From the NCBI GenBank assembly GCA_038134595.1, contig JAYPVM010000004.1, positions 157,882-221,881 on the forward strand: a stretch of DNA of 64,000 nucleotides, given 5' to 3'. Shown piece after piece: positions 1 to 9,761 of the stretch; positions within the stretch are counted from its first letter, which is position 1, and each line of letters begins with the position of its first letter. A program made the translations under genes and the position numbers. The notes below the pieces were generated by a model. The model made no database searches and was not told the DNA's origin. It was given only the letters and a program-made list of their open reading frames with translations. Source of the stretch: Pseudomonadota bacterium (GTDB lineage Bacteria; Bdellovibrionota_C; UBA2361; OMII01).

Positions 1-324
1 GGCACTGTCCCATATGCCAACTTCAGGCATAGCTGGCAACCCTGCCTTGTGCGCCAGCTGTTCTACCATTGTATACACCCACGCCAACTCAGAGGAGTTT
101 CGATTGATAACACGAACTCCCATTATTGTTTTGGCGCTCCACCGTGAGATCGATAATGAAATGAAGGCCCCACCCATACCCCACACAAGGCAAAATACGA
201 GGAGAGACGAATAGTCCAGGCCTTGGGCTGTTATGTAGTGATTGACTCCTAGAATGCTCGTGACAACCGATATGGTTACGACGACTAGAAGGTTAGTAAG
301 AATAAAAAGAAGGATTCGTTTCAT
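1..324 (-). CDS. htpX: Protease HtpX (M48 family), N-terminal part, runs off window edge
   Basis: Hand translation from ATG at 324: MKRILLFILTNLLVVVTISVVTSILGVNHYITAQGLDYSSLLVFCLVWGMGGAFISLSISRWSAKTIMGV...LAHKAGLPAMPEVGIWDS, a typical HtpX N-terminus. AGAGAGG RBS upstream. Not in the ORF track because truncated. Confidence 0.88.
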   Translation of the reverse strand, partial: MKRILLFILTNLLVVVTISVVTSILGVNHYITAQGLDYSSLLVFCLVWGMGGAFISLSISRWSAKTIMGVRVINRNSSELAWVYTMVEQLAHKAGLPAMPEVGIWDSA

Positions 325-987
325 AGGATTGTTATATTACCTCTCTGGTTAATTTTTAAAAATTGGACCTTTAAGTTTAATCGAAAGTCTTTCGCCCGTA
401 GGATAACCGCAATCTGTTTTGTAGAGCAAAGTATAGCCAAATAACGAGAATCGCTCCCCTGAAGGCTTGTCAAGGATCGCACGAATCCCACTATAGAAAC
501 ATCTCGAAAGATGAGTATAGCCGCTACGCAAATCTTTTGAACAGCCTAGTGAGTTTTTGGTGCGTTCAGCCGTTTGCTTCTTATGGTTTCTTCAAGACTG
601 CCGTAGGGATACCTCATTAAAAATCCTGTCCATGCCACACCTTGCGGAGCTTATGTCTCTAGTTCTCCTCATGAAGACAAGAAACTAGTAACGTAGAGCA
701 GGTTAAACCGCATCTCCCAGTGTTAATCATTTCAGTTAGTCATTTCAATCAGAAGTGCGGTAATTTTGGGCTCTGAATGCAGGTCTGACTGCTCAAGAGG
801 GGCGATTTTTCAACCGTAGTTTTATCTTTTTGACATGCCTTATATCAGCAGGTTGTATGATATTTAACTGAAGTTCTTATTGATTTTATCTTGTGAAGAT
901 TTCTTCAATACGGTAGTGCTAATTTGAAAAACCTATCATCTAAATAAACAGTGATTTGAGTTGTAGGGCCAGGGAAGGCAGGAAGAT

Positions 988-1326
988 ATGTTGATTTTAA
1001 CTAGAAAGCCGGGGGAGAGTCTCTATATAGGAGATAATGTCAAGGTTACAATAGTTGAGATGAAAGGAAATCAAATCAGAGTCGGTGTGGATGCTCCTTC
1101 GACTCTCAGAATTTATAGAGAAGAGATATATCTGCAAATTCTAGAGGAAAACAAGAGCGCCGCAGAAGGAATATCCGACGCTGCTTTGACAGAACTATCG
1201 GGTGGTTGGAAAGGAGTCTCTCGGGGCTCTGGACAAAAGGCTTCAGGAGGGCAGAGCGAAGGGGCAATAAATGCCAAGCGCTCAGATGTGCTTCTTAAAC
1301 GAAAGTCAGCTGGAACAAAACAATGA
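988..1326 (+). CDS. csrA: Carbon storage regulator CsrA with C-terminal extension
   Basis: MLILTRKPGESLYIGDNVKVTIVEMKGNQIRVGVDAP...IYREEIY..I.EEN; adjacent to fliW. Confidence 0.97.
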   Translation: MLILTRKPGESLYIGDNVKVTIVEMKGNQIRVGVDAPSTLRIYREEIYLQILEENKSAAEGISDAALTELSGGWKGVSRGSGQKASGGQSEGAINAKRSDVLLKRKSAGTKQ

Positions 1327-1350
1327 AATTTTGCTCCAATGCTCTACAGC

Positions 1351-1395
1351 AAGGATGTAAGGGCAATAAGGATGTAAGGGCAATAAGGATGTAAG
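1351..1395 (+). repeat. 17-bp tandem repeat (2.6 copies of AAGGATGTAAGGGCAAT), each with an AGGATGT CsrA-like site
   Basis: Units at 1351-1367, 1368-1384 and partial 1385-1395, ending 6 nt before the fliW ATG. Confidence 0.9.
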
Positions 1396-1401
1396 AGTGT
1401 A

Positions 1402-1935
1402 ATGAGTAACGAGACGGAAACACAAGGTGAGCAACTGACATTTGCCAGCGCTCGTTTCGGGGAATTCACTGTCCCAGCAGAGACGGTGATCGAAATTCCA
1501 TCCGGAATAATTGGTTTTCCCAATTCCACTCGGTTCGTCATGCTCGAGCACAAACCCCCATTTTCGTGGCTGCATGCTATAGACGATCCAAACCTAGCTT
1601 TTGTCGTAGTTGACGGTTTTGAATTCGGACAGCAATTTGATGTAAAACCTCCGATTGGAGATGTCGACACAGATCTTAAAGCAGAAGATGAGTATGCGAT
1701 TCTGATTGTTGTGACGGTGCGCCCAGATCCAAGACTTACTACAGCTAATTTGAAGGCACCTGTTTTTGTGAACATGCGCAACAGAAAGGGTGTTCAGACT
1801 ATTATCGATGACCAGCGTTATTCGACGCGTTTTCCGTTATGGAGCGAGGCGGCCTCCGAGGAGAATGGAGATGCTGATCAGGGACAGATAGCCGATACCT
1901 CTACCCAAGACGCTGTAGAAAACGCCAAAAGATAA
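1402..1935 (+). CDS. fliW: Flagellar assembly factor / CsrA antagonist FliW
   Basis: SARFGEF..I.IPSGIIGFP..F.WLHAIDDPNLAFVVVD...TANLKAPVFVN....G.Q.I motifs; follows csrA. Confidence 0.95.
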   Translation: MSNETETQGEQLTFASARFGEFTVPAETVIEIPSGIIGFPNSTRFVMLEHKPPFSWLHAIDDPNLAFVVVDGFEFGQQFDVKPPIGDVDTDLKAEDEYAILIVVTVRPDPRLTTANLKAPVFVNMRNRKGVQTIIDDQRYSTRFPLWSEAASEENGDADQGQIADTSTQDAVENAKR

Positions 1936-2038
1936 CAAATTAAAAGTAGGCTAGTGCTGTTGGGCTCTTTTCGGTCTTTTGGACGGACTAGGTCGTGAGT
2001 GATTGTAAGACTAGAGTCTCTAATCTTAAACTCTATTG

Positions 2039-3703
2039 TCATTGTCGCTGAAATATTCTCCATCGACCGATGCGTTTTATCTCTCGTATTGAGGGAATAT
2101 CCCGGTGGATTTTGATAAGATCTTTATCCTTTAGCCTGGCTATTACATAGGGACATTTGGCCTGCGCAACATCGGAATCGTGCGTAGAAATAAGTTTGAT
2201 TGCGGGAGCAGATGTCAATGCGCCGTAGAAGGAGGCTGAGAAGGGTGTTTTGTAGGGGAAAAATAAACACACCGAGTTAGGCGATGATTCAGGAAGTGAT
2301 TGAGCGGCAGTTAGGATTCTTCGGGTCGAACGATTCTCTGAAAGATAGTTGTCGAGGCCTAAAATCGTACTTCCGTATAAAACCCCTGTCACTAAAGATG
2401 TGTGTAGTAAGCTCATGTGAAGACCGCCGGAAGCTCGGTAGATACGAATAACAAGAAAGCTCTGCCCGATGATTATTGGAATCATGAAAGGCATAGATGC
2501 CCCGAAGAAGAGGGTGCCCACCGAGAGCGCGATCATAATAATGCTAAGAAGTGTTAAGGACCGCTTTACTATTATTATTATTAGTTTTGATGATGTTGTG
2601 TGACAATAGTGCCACAGTATGCCTAATAAGAATGCAAAACCGGGGACTGAGGGCAGAAGGTATGTTCCAGTGTATTGCCGTGCTCCGAGCAGTAATATCG
2701 GACAGCTTAAGGACCATGCGAGTGCGAAAACTATCAGTGGACGTTCGAGAATAGAATCAAGAGCCTGTTTCGTAATGAGGCGTTTTCGTTCGGCGATCAG
2801 AGCTACTGCTACAAGGAAAGACCAGGGAAAGCAGGCTAGAATCATCATTCCAAACGCAGCGCCGAATGGTTGGTGATGTCCATTTCCGTATTCATCACCG
2901 TAGTCACTTTTAAGATAGCGACCGAAGTTTTCATTCCAGAGAAAGTATTCCAAAAACCCCGGATTTTGTAGCTCTGCGAGAAGATACCAGGGTAGAACCA
3001 AAGCGGAGAACAAAAGCAGGCCACGAATCCACGGAAGAGCCGAAAGCTGAGCGGCCCATTTTCCGGAGCGTAGCCGATAAATGGCAACCCACGGAATAAT
3101 TGTCGCTCCTACTAGGATCGTTGCTAACGGTCCTTTGACGAGCACTCCCAGAGCCATTCCGATAAAGAAGGTGTATCGAGCAATTTTAGATCTATCGCTT
3201 AGGAGAAAACTTACCAACGCGATTGTAATTCCGAGAGTTAGCGTAACGTCAAGCACTACAGCACCCGAGAGAAAAAACAAAAGACAACTCGTTGCTAAGG
3301 TTGCCATTGCGATGATAGCCGCTTCAGACCCTATGAGTATCGAGGTTCCAAATCCTAGCGTTGCTACAATTGCAATGCCGCTTAAGAAGCTTGGTAATCT
3401 AGCTGCAAAATTATTTTGTCCAAACAAAATAAAGGAGACCTGCTCAAGCCAAAAATGCAAGGGCGGCTTACCCAAGTATGGTTTAATTTCCCCGTGAAAA
3501 TCTATCCAGGGTGTGATCCAGGTGTTTTTTGCGAGCATTAATTGGGCAACGCCAGCGTAACGACCCTCGGTTGTATCAACAAGATCGGGCATACCAAGGC
3601 TTAACAAGCGAGCCAAAAAAACAGTGCCGAGGCAAAGAATGCTGACGAAGGTAACGGCTTGTAGGCGGGAAGACGAGTGCACTTGAGATGGCTTTGGGGA
3701 CAC
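2039..3703 (-). CDS. ArnT-like (GT-C fold) integral membrane glycosyltransferase
   Basis: DTTEGRYA..A..ML....WITP, YLGKPPLHFW, FAARLPS, LVKGP, PWY, HHQPF motifs; many TM segments. Confidence 0.88.
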   Translation of the reverse strand: MSPKPSQVHSSSRLQAVTFVSILCLGTVFLARLLSLGMPDLVDTTEGRYAGVAQLMLAKNTWITPWIDFHGEIKPYLGKPPLHFWLEQVSFILFGQNNFAARLPSFLSGIAIVATLGFGTSILIGSEAAIIAMATLATSCLLFFLSGAVVLDVTLTLGITIALVSFLLSDRSKIARYTFFIGMALGVLVKGPLATILVGATIIPWVAIYRLRSGKWAAQLSALPWIRGLLLFSALVLPWYLLAELQNPGFLEYFLWNENFGRYLKSDYGDEYGNGHHQPFGAAFGMMILACFPWSFLVAVALIAERKRLITKQALDSILERPLIVFALAWSLSCPILLLGARQYTGTYLLPSVPGFAFLLGILWHYCHTTSSKLIIIIVKRSLTLLSIIMIALSVGTLFFGASMPFMIPIIIGQSFLVIRIYRASGGLHMSLLHTSLVTGVLYGSTILGLDNYLSENRSTRRILTAAQSLPESSPNSVCLFFPYKTPFSASFYGALTSAPAIKLISTHDSDVAQAKCPYVIARLKDKDLIKIHRDIPSIREIKRIGRWRIFQRQ

Positions 3704-3777
3704 AGAATTTTCTCCAAATTAATTACTACTATCTTGAAGTAGTTCCGTTTAGGCAAAAAGAATCAGAGCTTTGCAAA

Positions 3778-3825
3778 GTAGGAAAAACTACAAAGTAGCA
3801 AAAGCTACGAGGTAGAAAAAGCTAC
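3778..3825. repeat. Three GTAG-N6-CTAC palindromes at 17-bp periodicity
   Basis: GTAGGAAAAACTAC aaa GTAGCAAAAGCTAC gag GTAGAAAAAGCTAC, in the divergent intergenic region. Confidence 0.8.
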
Positions 3826-4151
3826 AGTGTCTAGAAGAGATATTTTGTATCTGGGACTATACTATCTCTATGTATTCTCTAGCGCCGAGAGAAAGGCTAC
3901 CACGATCAGGTAGAGGGGAAAACACCGCGGGCTTACATTTAACACTGTAGAAAGATAATTTTTGCCCAGTGCGCGATGATTTGATGCGTTTCTTTTCAGG
4001 ATCTTAGCTAAATTCCTGTGGAGAGAGTTAGCCGTGATTTCTACCGCTGGTCTAGATCCGACATGCTTTTCGTACTCCCCCTGGCATTGATTTTTATCGG
4101 GATTGTGAACAAGCGGAGGCGGTTAGTCGCAAATTCCTCAATAAAACTGTT

Positions 4152-4178
4152 TAAGCACAACTTATTTATTGCCGACAT
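4152..4178 (+). promoter_or_regulatory. Candidate sigma-28 (FliA) promoter
   Basis: TAAG-N15-GCCGACAT versus consensus TAAA-N15-GCCGATAA, 39 nt before the ATG at 4218. Confidence 0.5.
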
Positions 4179-4217
4179 CTAACCTATAAGGTGAATCGAC
4201 CAATGGGATAGTTAAGG

Positions 4218-5396
4218 ATGCAGAGAAGGGTTTTGACCACATGCGCGTTGTGCGCTGCTACAATGTTAGCAAGTGGCTGTTTTCGCATTTCAGGACGCTC
4301 TTTGAAGAACGAGCTCCCCGATAGGCCGGAGGCGATGAGACGATATTATGCGCCGCGGGAGTCTTATGGAAGTCATCGAGAGCAGATACGGGAGCGAACT
4401 GATGCTTATACGCTTCGTCACATTACAATTGATTCGTATGCCGGGCCGATAATCATCGATTACTATCAGGGTAAAAAACCGTCGAATTCTCTAGTGTTGG
4501 TTTTTCCAGTGCTTGGGGGGAAAAACTTTATTGAGAACCATTTTGCCCGCTACTTCGTTGAGTCTGGATTGGATGCCGCGATTGTTAATCGTAATAACGA
4601 ATTTAAAGATCCAGGGCGTTTCAATGAGCTCGAGCAGCTGTTACGGGAAAACGTTATCCGAGACCAATTAGCTCTTGATTTTTTCGAGGTTGAATATGGA
4701 AAGACTCAGTTTGGGAGCTTTGGAATAAGTCGGGGAGCGATAAACGTTGCATTGACAGCGGGGGTTGATTCGCGCCTGCAGCATAATGTAATGGCTATGG
4801 GCGGAACAGACCTCGTAAATTTATTTCGAGACTCTAAACAGGCGCGAATTGAAAAGTATATTAAAAAGGTGAGTTCAAATAGGGGATATTCTCGTGATGA
4901 GTTCTTTGGACACCTGCGTGAGCAGATACGAACGGATCCAAAATATACAGCACATTACCTCGATCCGAGTAAAACTCTCTTAATTCTCGGTTTGTTCGAC
5001 CGTACCGTTCCATTTTCGTACGGCCTCAAGCTTCGGGAGCAGATTGGAAGGCCTGACACCATATTTTTGTTTTCCGATCATTACGTGAGCTTAGCATACA
5101 CTCAAACTGTAAGTCTGCTGCCGCCGAGTAAGACAAAATCAGGGCTTTTCCCTTTCCCATACATCGAGCAGGAAGCGATTTCTTTCTATCGGCGGTCATT
5201 TGGTGAGGGAATTAATTGGAAAGCACTTCCCTTCAAGGTGCTTATGCTACCGGTAAACGTAGTAGCAGAAGTTTTTGCAGGAGTTGGATCGTTGGTTGAA
5301 TGGATGGGTGGTAAGCATGTCGGCACATCTCAGATTTCCGATGACGAATTGCAAAATTGGAAAGAAGCTGAGCAGCGAGACGCTCAGTCGAATTAA
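4218..5396 (+). CDS. Putative lipoprotein alpha/beta-hydrolase
   Basis: Lipobox-like LASGC; nucleophile elbow GISRG; candidate Asp (FDRTVP) and His (SDHY). Confidence 0.65.
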   Translation: MQRRVLTTCALCAATMLASGCFRISGRSLKNELPDRPEAMRRYYAPRESYGSHREQIRERTDAYTLRHITIDSYAGPIIIDYYQGKKPSNSLVLVFPVLGGKNFIENHFARYFVESGLDAAIVNRNNEFKDPGRFNELEQLLRENVIRDQLALDFFEVEYGKTQFGSFGISRGAINVALTAGVDSRLQHNVMAMGGTDLVNLFRDSKQARIEKYIKKVSSNRGYSRDEFFGHLREQIRTDPKYTAHYLDPSKTLLILGLFDRTVPFSYGLKLREQIGRPDTIFLFSDHYVSLAYTQTVSLLPPSKTKSGLFPFPYIEQEAISFYRRSFGEGINWKALPFKVLMLPVNVVAEVFAGVGSLVEWMGGKHVGTSQISDDELQNWKEAEQRDAQSN

Positions 5397-5560
5397 TTTG
5401 TAGTGGAATAGATATACCGTCACTTTGAAGTGTTGGTACGAACTTGGATGAAGGTGAAATTTCTCCCGACAACTCCGTTCTCGGTACAGAGAGTTTAAGG
5501 CTGAGCCCACGATCAATACACGGTAGATAGGCAGAAGGGACCCCAGACAAGAGTGGGACC

Positions 5561-5578
5561 TATCTGTATATACAGATA
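5561..5578. terminator. Perfect 18-bp palindrome between convergent genes, possible terminator hairpin
   Basis: TATCTGTATATACAGATA is its own reverse complement. Confidence 0.35.
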
Positions 5579-5644
5579 AAGGGTTCTCGCTTCCCCGTAC
5601 AGCACAGCTTCAGAATGCTTCCTCACTGAAGCGATAGGAACATA

Positions 5645-6913
5645 CTAAAAGCCGTGCGCTTCGAGTCCTGTTCTAAGATTAAAGTGCGAATAGGGCTGTT
5701 CTGCGGCACGTTGTTTGGGTCCTTTGGCGTTGTTGACCCAAAACTGCAATCCTCGCGGCTCATAAATAACGTTATGAAAGTTAGAGGGCATGGCAATGTG
5801 TGGCACTATCTCATTCATAATCATTTCGGGCGTTATGCTTCCACGATTAGTGGAAAGGGACTCCTGCATTCGGTCATCATAGTGACCGCCGTATACAATG
5901 TCTTTTAGAGCCGGAAAGGACATTTTGTCATCTTTCAGGTCTTCTCCAGGTCTGTGAATTTCAAATCTGTTTCGATCTCGGATGTAGAGTTCCGAGGAGT
6001 TGTTTTTTCCATCACTCATCAGGAAGACAAACGAATTGGTTCCGGGATGTTTTGTAATAATCTTTCGAACCTGCCGCAGGTTTTTTGCATACGTTAAAAC
6101 GTCCCGTAGTACAAATGGCATGGGTGTTCCGCGCATTGTTTCTCCTTCAGGATCACCATAACCCATCTCTCCCAGTGTGATCCCCTGCGCATTCATACCG
6201 GAGACTGCCCCCAGAAAACCTACCCAGCCGATATTAGCCGAAGGAATGCCATTATCGGGAACGGTGACTGTGATTAATGGGTATTCATGTAGTTTAGAAA
6301 TCTTGTGTAATCCCCAGTCGAGAACGCGCACGGTGTACATAGTCTTATCAGATGTGGCGCTGTTGGTCGCGCTAAAATTACTGCATGAACTTCCGTAGAC
6401 GCCTTTCATCATGTCTTTGATGACTTTTTTTAGTTTGCGTTTACCTCCCCATTCTGTGATTTCAGGTAGAGCGTGAATTGCGTGCACCACTTTAAGAGGT
6501 ATTCTTGCACCGTGAGCGAGCCCGTGCATCTCGTCGATATATTCTTGCGGAATAAACGGGCGTTGCCGTTCATAGCTTTCATACAAGAGTTCTTCGAAGT
6601 GGAATTTATCAAGAAGTTTTTCATACATAGACAATAAGTTGTCCTGAACTTCCTTTCTGAGTAGGGCGCCTTGTTGGTACCCCCGTTCGTACGGAGTCCC
6701 TGAGACATAGAGTACGCGTATGCGGTGATCGTCAGTCCAGTCAAGGTGTGCTTTGCTTACGATTGCGCGCTCATGTTCAACCGATTCAATCACATCACTT
6801 CGTATAAGGAAGTGGTCCGGGTCGATTCGCAAGTACGCACAGGCTGTGAAGTTAACGCTGATAGTGATAAGTCCAATGATATACATTATTCGGGAAAATA
6901 AAGATCCGCGCAT
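5645..6913 (-). CDS. C45-family (Ntn-hydrolase) peptidase/acyltransferase, probable lipoprotein
   Basis: SGTPYERGYQQG, EMHGLAHGA, autoproteolytic SSCSNF, RVLDW, SGMNAQGI motifs; signal peptide ending FTAC. Confidence 0.8.
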   Translation of the reverse strand: MRGSLFSRIMYIIGLITISVNFTACAYLRIDPDHFLIRSDVIESVEHERAIVSKAHLDWTDDHRIRVLYVSGTPYERGYQQGALLRKEVQDNLLSMYEKLLDKFHFEELLYESYERQRPFIPQEYIDEMHGLAHGARIPLKVVHAIHALPEITEWGGKRKLKKVIKDMMKGVYGSSCSNFSATNSATSDKTMYTVRVLDWGLHKISKLHEYPLITVTVPDNGIPSANIGWVGFLGAVSGMNAQGITLGEMGYGDPEGETMRGTPMPFVLRDVLTYAKNLRQVRKIITKHPGTNSFVFLMSDGKNNSSELYIRDRNRFEIHRPGEDLKDDKMSFPALKDIVYGGHYDDRMQESLSTNRGSITPEMIMNEIVPHIAMPSNFHNVIYEPRGLQFWVNNAKGPKQRAAEQPYSHFNLRTGLEAHGF

Positions 6914-7021
6914 GATACGAGCCCCTCTGTTTATTTAACTGCACTGGTCTACTAGTAAAGAGGCAGGAGAGAGCCCGATCGATGCGGGAAAAGCAATGAA
7001 AATGAGATTAAAATCACCGTT

Positions 7022-7408
7022 TTACGTTAGAGTTATCTCTTCAACGATCGCAAGCACCTCACGGGTGTCTACAATCCTGAGTGACTCATCCCAGGCAACA
7101 GTAGTGCCAACATCTTTTGGGATCAAAACAAGAGATCCGAGTGGAATCCCGCTCACGTTGGTTTCTTCGTCAGTGTGGCTATCGACTGTGCTAGCAACTT
7201 CAATCACTTCGGCTAAAAGACTCTCTTGGGCAGACGTTTTCGCGCCCTCAGGAAGATAGAGACCACTATCGGTTTGGTTGGATTCCTTGACTAATTTTGC
7301 AACTACTCGAAATCCTAACGGGTGCAGCCGCCTGATTGGCCGAGACTCTTCAAAATGTAACGAGGTTTTCTTTGCGTTGTCTAAGGGGAACTTTTTTGAA
7401 TCTGTCAT
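7022..7408 (-). CDS. groES: GroES/Cpn10-like co-chaperonin (no adjacent groEL)
   Basis: LHPLGFRVVAK...QTDSGLYLPEGAK...AEVIEV...G..V...LRIVDTREVLAIV. Confidence 0.8.
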   Translation of the reverse strand: MTDSKKFPLDNAKKTSLHFEESRPIRRLHPLGFRVVAKLVKESNQTDSGLYLPEGAKTSAQESLLAEVIEVASTVDSHTDEETNVSGIPLGSLVLIPKDVGTTVAWDESLRIVDTREVLAIVEEITLT

Positions 7409-7625
7409 AGTGCGACATCGTATCGATATCGAGTCTATTAGTCAAAGATGCAAACGCCGTTATGTGGAGCGGATTGCTGGTGGATTGTCTAATAAGTAGC
7501 ACTAGTATGACGGGTAACTTTCTAGAGCCAACAAAAGAAAATTAGTATAGATTTCAAGGGATCCTTTGGAGCTTCATGGGACTCTAACTACAGTGTAATA
7601 AGATGATATTCGATTCATTCAGGAG

Positions 7626-8924
7626 ATGCTTGTGATGTCAGAGACCGCTGAACTACGTGTTGGAGAAAAGGTTATTGAGCTTCCAGTCGTAACTGGAACG
7701 GAACAGGAAAAGGCGGTGGATGTTTCCTCGCTTCGGGGGAAAACGGGACTCATTACGCTTGATAACGGGTACATGAATACGGGTTCATGTCAGAGCGCGA
7801 TCACATTCATAGATGGTGAAAAGGGAATCCTGCGCTATCGGGGAATTCCGATAGAGGTGCTTGCCGAAAAAAGCACGTTTTTAGAGACGTCTTATCTTTT
7901 AATACACGGGAAGCTACCAAGCCAAAATGAATTGGCTGAGTTCACCAATCGAGTCCGTCGGCACACCATGCTCCACGAAGACATCAAGGGGTTTTTTGAC
8001 GGATTTCCTAGGGATGCCCACCCAATGGCAATTCTTGCCTCAGTAGTGTCCTCACTCTCAACATTTTATCAGCATGAGCTTACGAAGCCAGAAGAGGTGC
8101 AATTTGATCTCAACACGATCAGGCTTTTGGCTAAATTGCCAACTATTGCTGCGTTTGCTTACAAGAAGTCTATTGGACAGCCGATTATGTATCCGCAGAA
8201 TCATATGACCTACTGCGAAAATTTTCTACACATGATGTTTTCGACACCAGCAGAACACTATGAGGTCGATCCTGTCATGGCAGAAACTCTGAATCTTCTG
8301 CTGATTTTGCACGCGGATCATGAGCAGAATTGCTCTACTTCTACGGTCCGGATGGTAGCGAGCAGTAAGGCCAATCTTTGCGCGGCGATTACTGCTGGTA
8401 TATGCGCTCTCTGGGGGCCAAGGCACGGAGGTGCAAATGAAAGTGTCATTGATATGCTTGAGCAGATGCGCCGAGAGGGCGGAAAAGTACAGAAGTTCGT
8501 TGATATGGCTAAGGATAAAGACAGTAACTTTAAACTTATGGGATTTGGGCATCGAGTCTACAAGAACTTTGACCCTCGAGCTAAGATTATTAAGACCGCT
8601 TGCGATAAACTCTTACGCTCCCTAAAAATTTCTGATCCGCTTTTAGATCTTGCAAAAGAACTAGAGGAAGCGGCGCTCAAGGATTCATATTTCGTTGAGC
8701 GAAAGTTGTATCCTAATGTCGATTTCTACAGTGGTATCATATATAAAGCGATGAATATCCCAACGCGGGCTTTCACTGTAATGTTTGCATTAGGGCGTTT
8801 GCCAGGTTGGATTGCTCATGCCAAGGAATACAGCATGGAGGCTGGTAATCGGATCAATAGACCGCGGCAAGTGTATACTGGCCCAAATGTGAGTGAGTAC
8901 ACTCCGATGGATCAACGTGAATAA
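7626..8924 (+). CDS. gltA: Citrate synthase (type II)
   Basis: ILHADHEQNCSTS, LWGPRHGGAN, LMGFGHRVYKNFDPRA, LYPNVDFYSG. Confidence 0.98.
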   Translation: MLVMSETAELRVGEKVIELPVVTGTEQEKAVDVSSLRGKTGLITLDNGYMNTGSCQSAITFIDGEKGILRYRGIPIEVLAEKSTFLETSYLLIHGKLPSQNELAEFTNRVRRHTMLHEDIKGFFDGFPRDAHPMAILASVVSSLSTFYQHELTKPEEVQFDLNTIRLLAKLPTIAAFAYKKSIGQPIMYPQNHMTYCENFLHMMFSTPAEHYEVDPVMAETLNLLLILHADHEQNCSTSTVRMVASSKANLCAAITAGICALWGPRHGGANESVIDMLEQMRREGGKVQKFVDMAKDKDSNFKLMGFGHRVYKNFDPRAKIIKTACDKLLRSLKISDPLLDLAKELEEAALKDSYFVERKLYPNVDFYSGIIYKAMNIPTRAFTVMFALGRLPGWIAHAKEYSMEAGNRINRPRQVYTGPNVSEYTPMDQRE

Positions 8925-8941
8925 AATCATTTGGGTATGAA

Positions 8942-9739
8942 ATGAAGAGCGCCCGTGACCTAAAAGATCTATCTGCGGATGTAATTCACTCTATTCTGCT
9001 GAGGATAGATAATCGTAAAGTACATTGCTTCGATTCATCTGTGGCGCTTCCTTTCTTGCCGTCGACTCTGTGGATAGTTGAGAAGGGTGGGGTGTCTTTA
9101 GCGGTTCGGAAGCGCCCCCTATCGACTTTTTCAAGTGGCGAGATCGTTGGGCTATGGTTGGGTGATGAAGTTTTTGGAGACAGCCATGTGGCAGGCCTAT
9201 CGCTTGAGATAGCTGAGGACGAAGCTCGTTTGATAGAATGCCCATTAAAAGATGTAGAGGACTTCTTCCGTGCGCATCCTGATCGAATTGCCCTGTGGAA
9301 TGAATTCTTGTGCGCGTCTAGTCGAAACTGGTTTCGAAGATTTGTTGAAGAAGCAGCCCTGGCATTGCCACCAACGCCGCAGTATAAGCACTATGGCAAT
9401 GGAGAAACTATTATTGAAGAGGGGGATAGAGGCAACGAGGTATTTGTTCTCGAGCATGGCTTGGCGGCGGCCTCTGTTGAGGGGACGTTTGTAGGAGAGG
9501 TGCGAGAGGGAGAGATTTTTGGAGCGCTGTCAGTTTTGACAGAGGCGCCGAGAGGAGCCACAGTCCAGGCGAAAGAAGCGTGTGATTGCGCGGTATTCTC
9601 AGGAGCGGACTTTAAGATGTTATTGCGGACTCAGCCAGAGCTCTTTAGCCAATTTATTTCTGATTTAGCTCGAGTGCTACGTGATGTTAATTTGTCTGTC
9701 TCCAAGACGGTTAATACCACATGGCGCAATCTATTCTAA
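8942..9739 (+). CDS. Tandem cyclic-nucleotide-binding domain protein (no HTH)
   Basis: C-terminal IIEEGDRGNEVFVL..G...GEIFGALSVLTEAPRGATVQA; degenerate N-terminal copy (LWIVEKGGV...SGEIVG). Confidence 0.8.
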   Translation: MKSARDLKDLSADVIHSILLRIDNRKVHCFDSSVALPFLPSTLWIVEKGGVSLAVRKRPLSTFSSGEIVGLWLGDEVFGDSHVAGLSLEIAEDEARLIECPLKDVEDFFRAHPDRIALWNEFLCASSRNWFRRFVEEAALALPPTPQYKHYGNGETIIEEGDRGNEVFVLEHGLAAASVEGTFVGEVREGEIFGALSVLTEAPRGATVQAKEACDCAVFSGADFKMLLRTQPELFSQFISDLARVLRDVNLSVSKTVNTTWRNLF

Positions 9740-9761
9740 AAATATTTTACAAGGAAGCGAG

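Noticed and set aside
14..531. Track ORFs 14-214 and 349-531
   Set aside because: The first is antisense to htpX; the second is short with no recognisable motif.
5564..5575. CTGTATATACAG as a LexA box
   Set aside because: Spacing is CTG-N6-CAG rather than N10, and it lies between two gene 3' ends.
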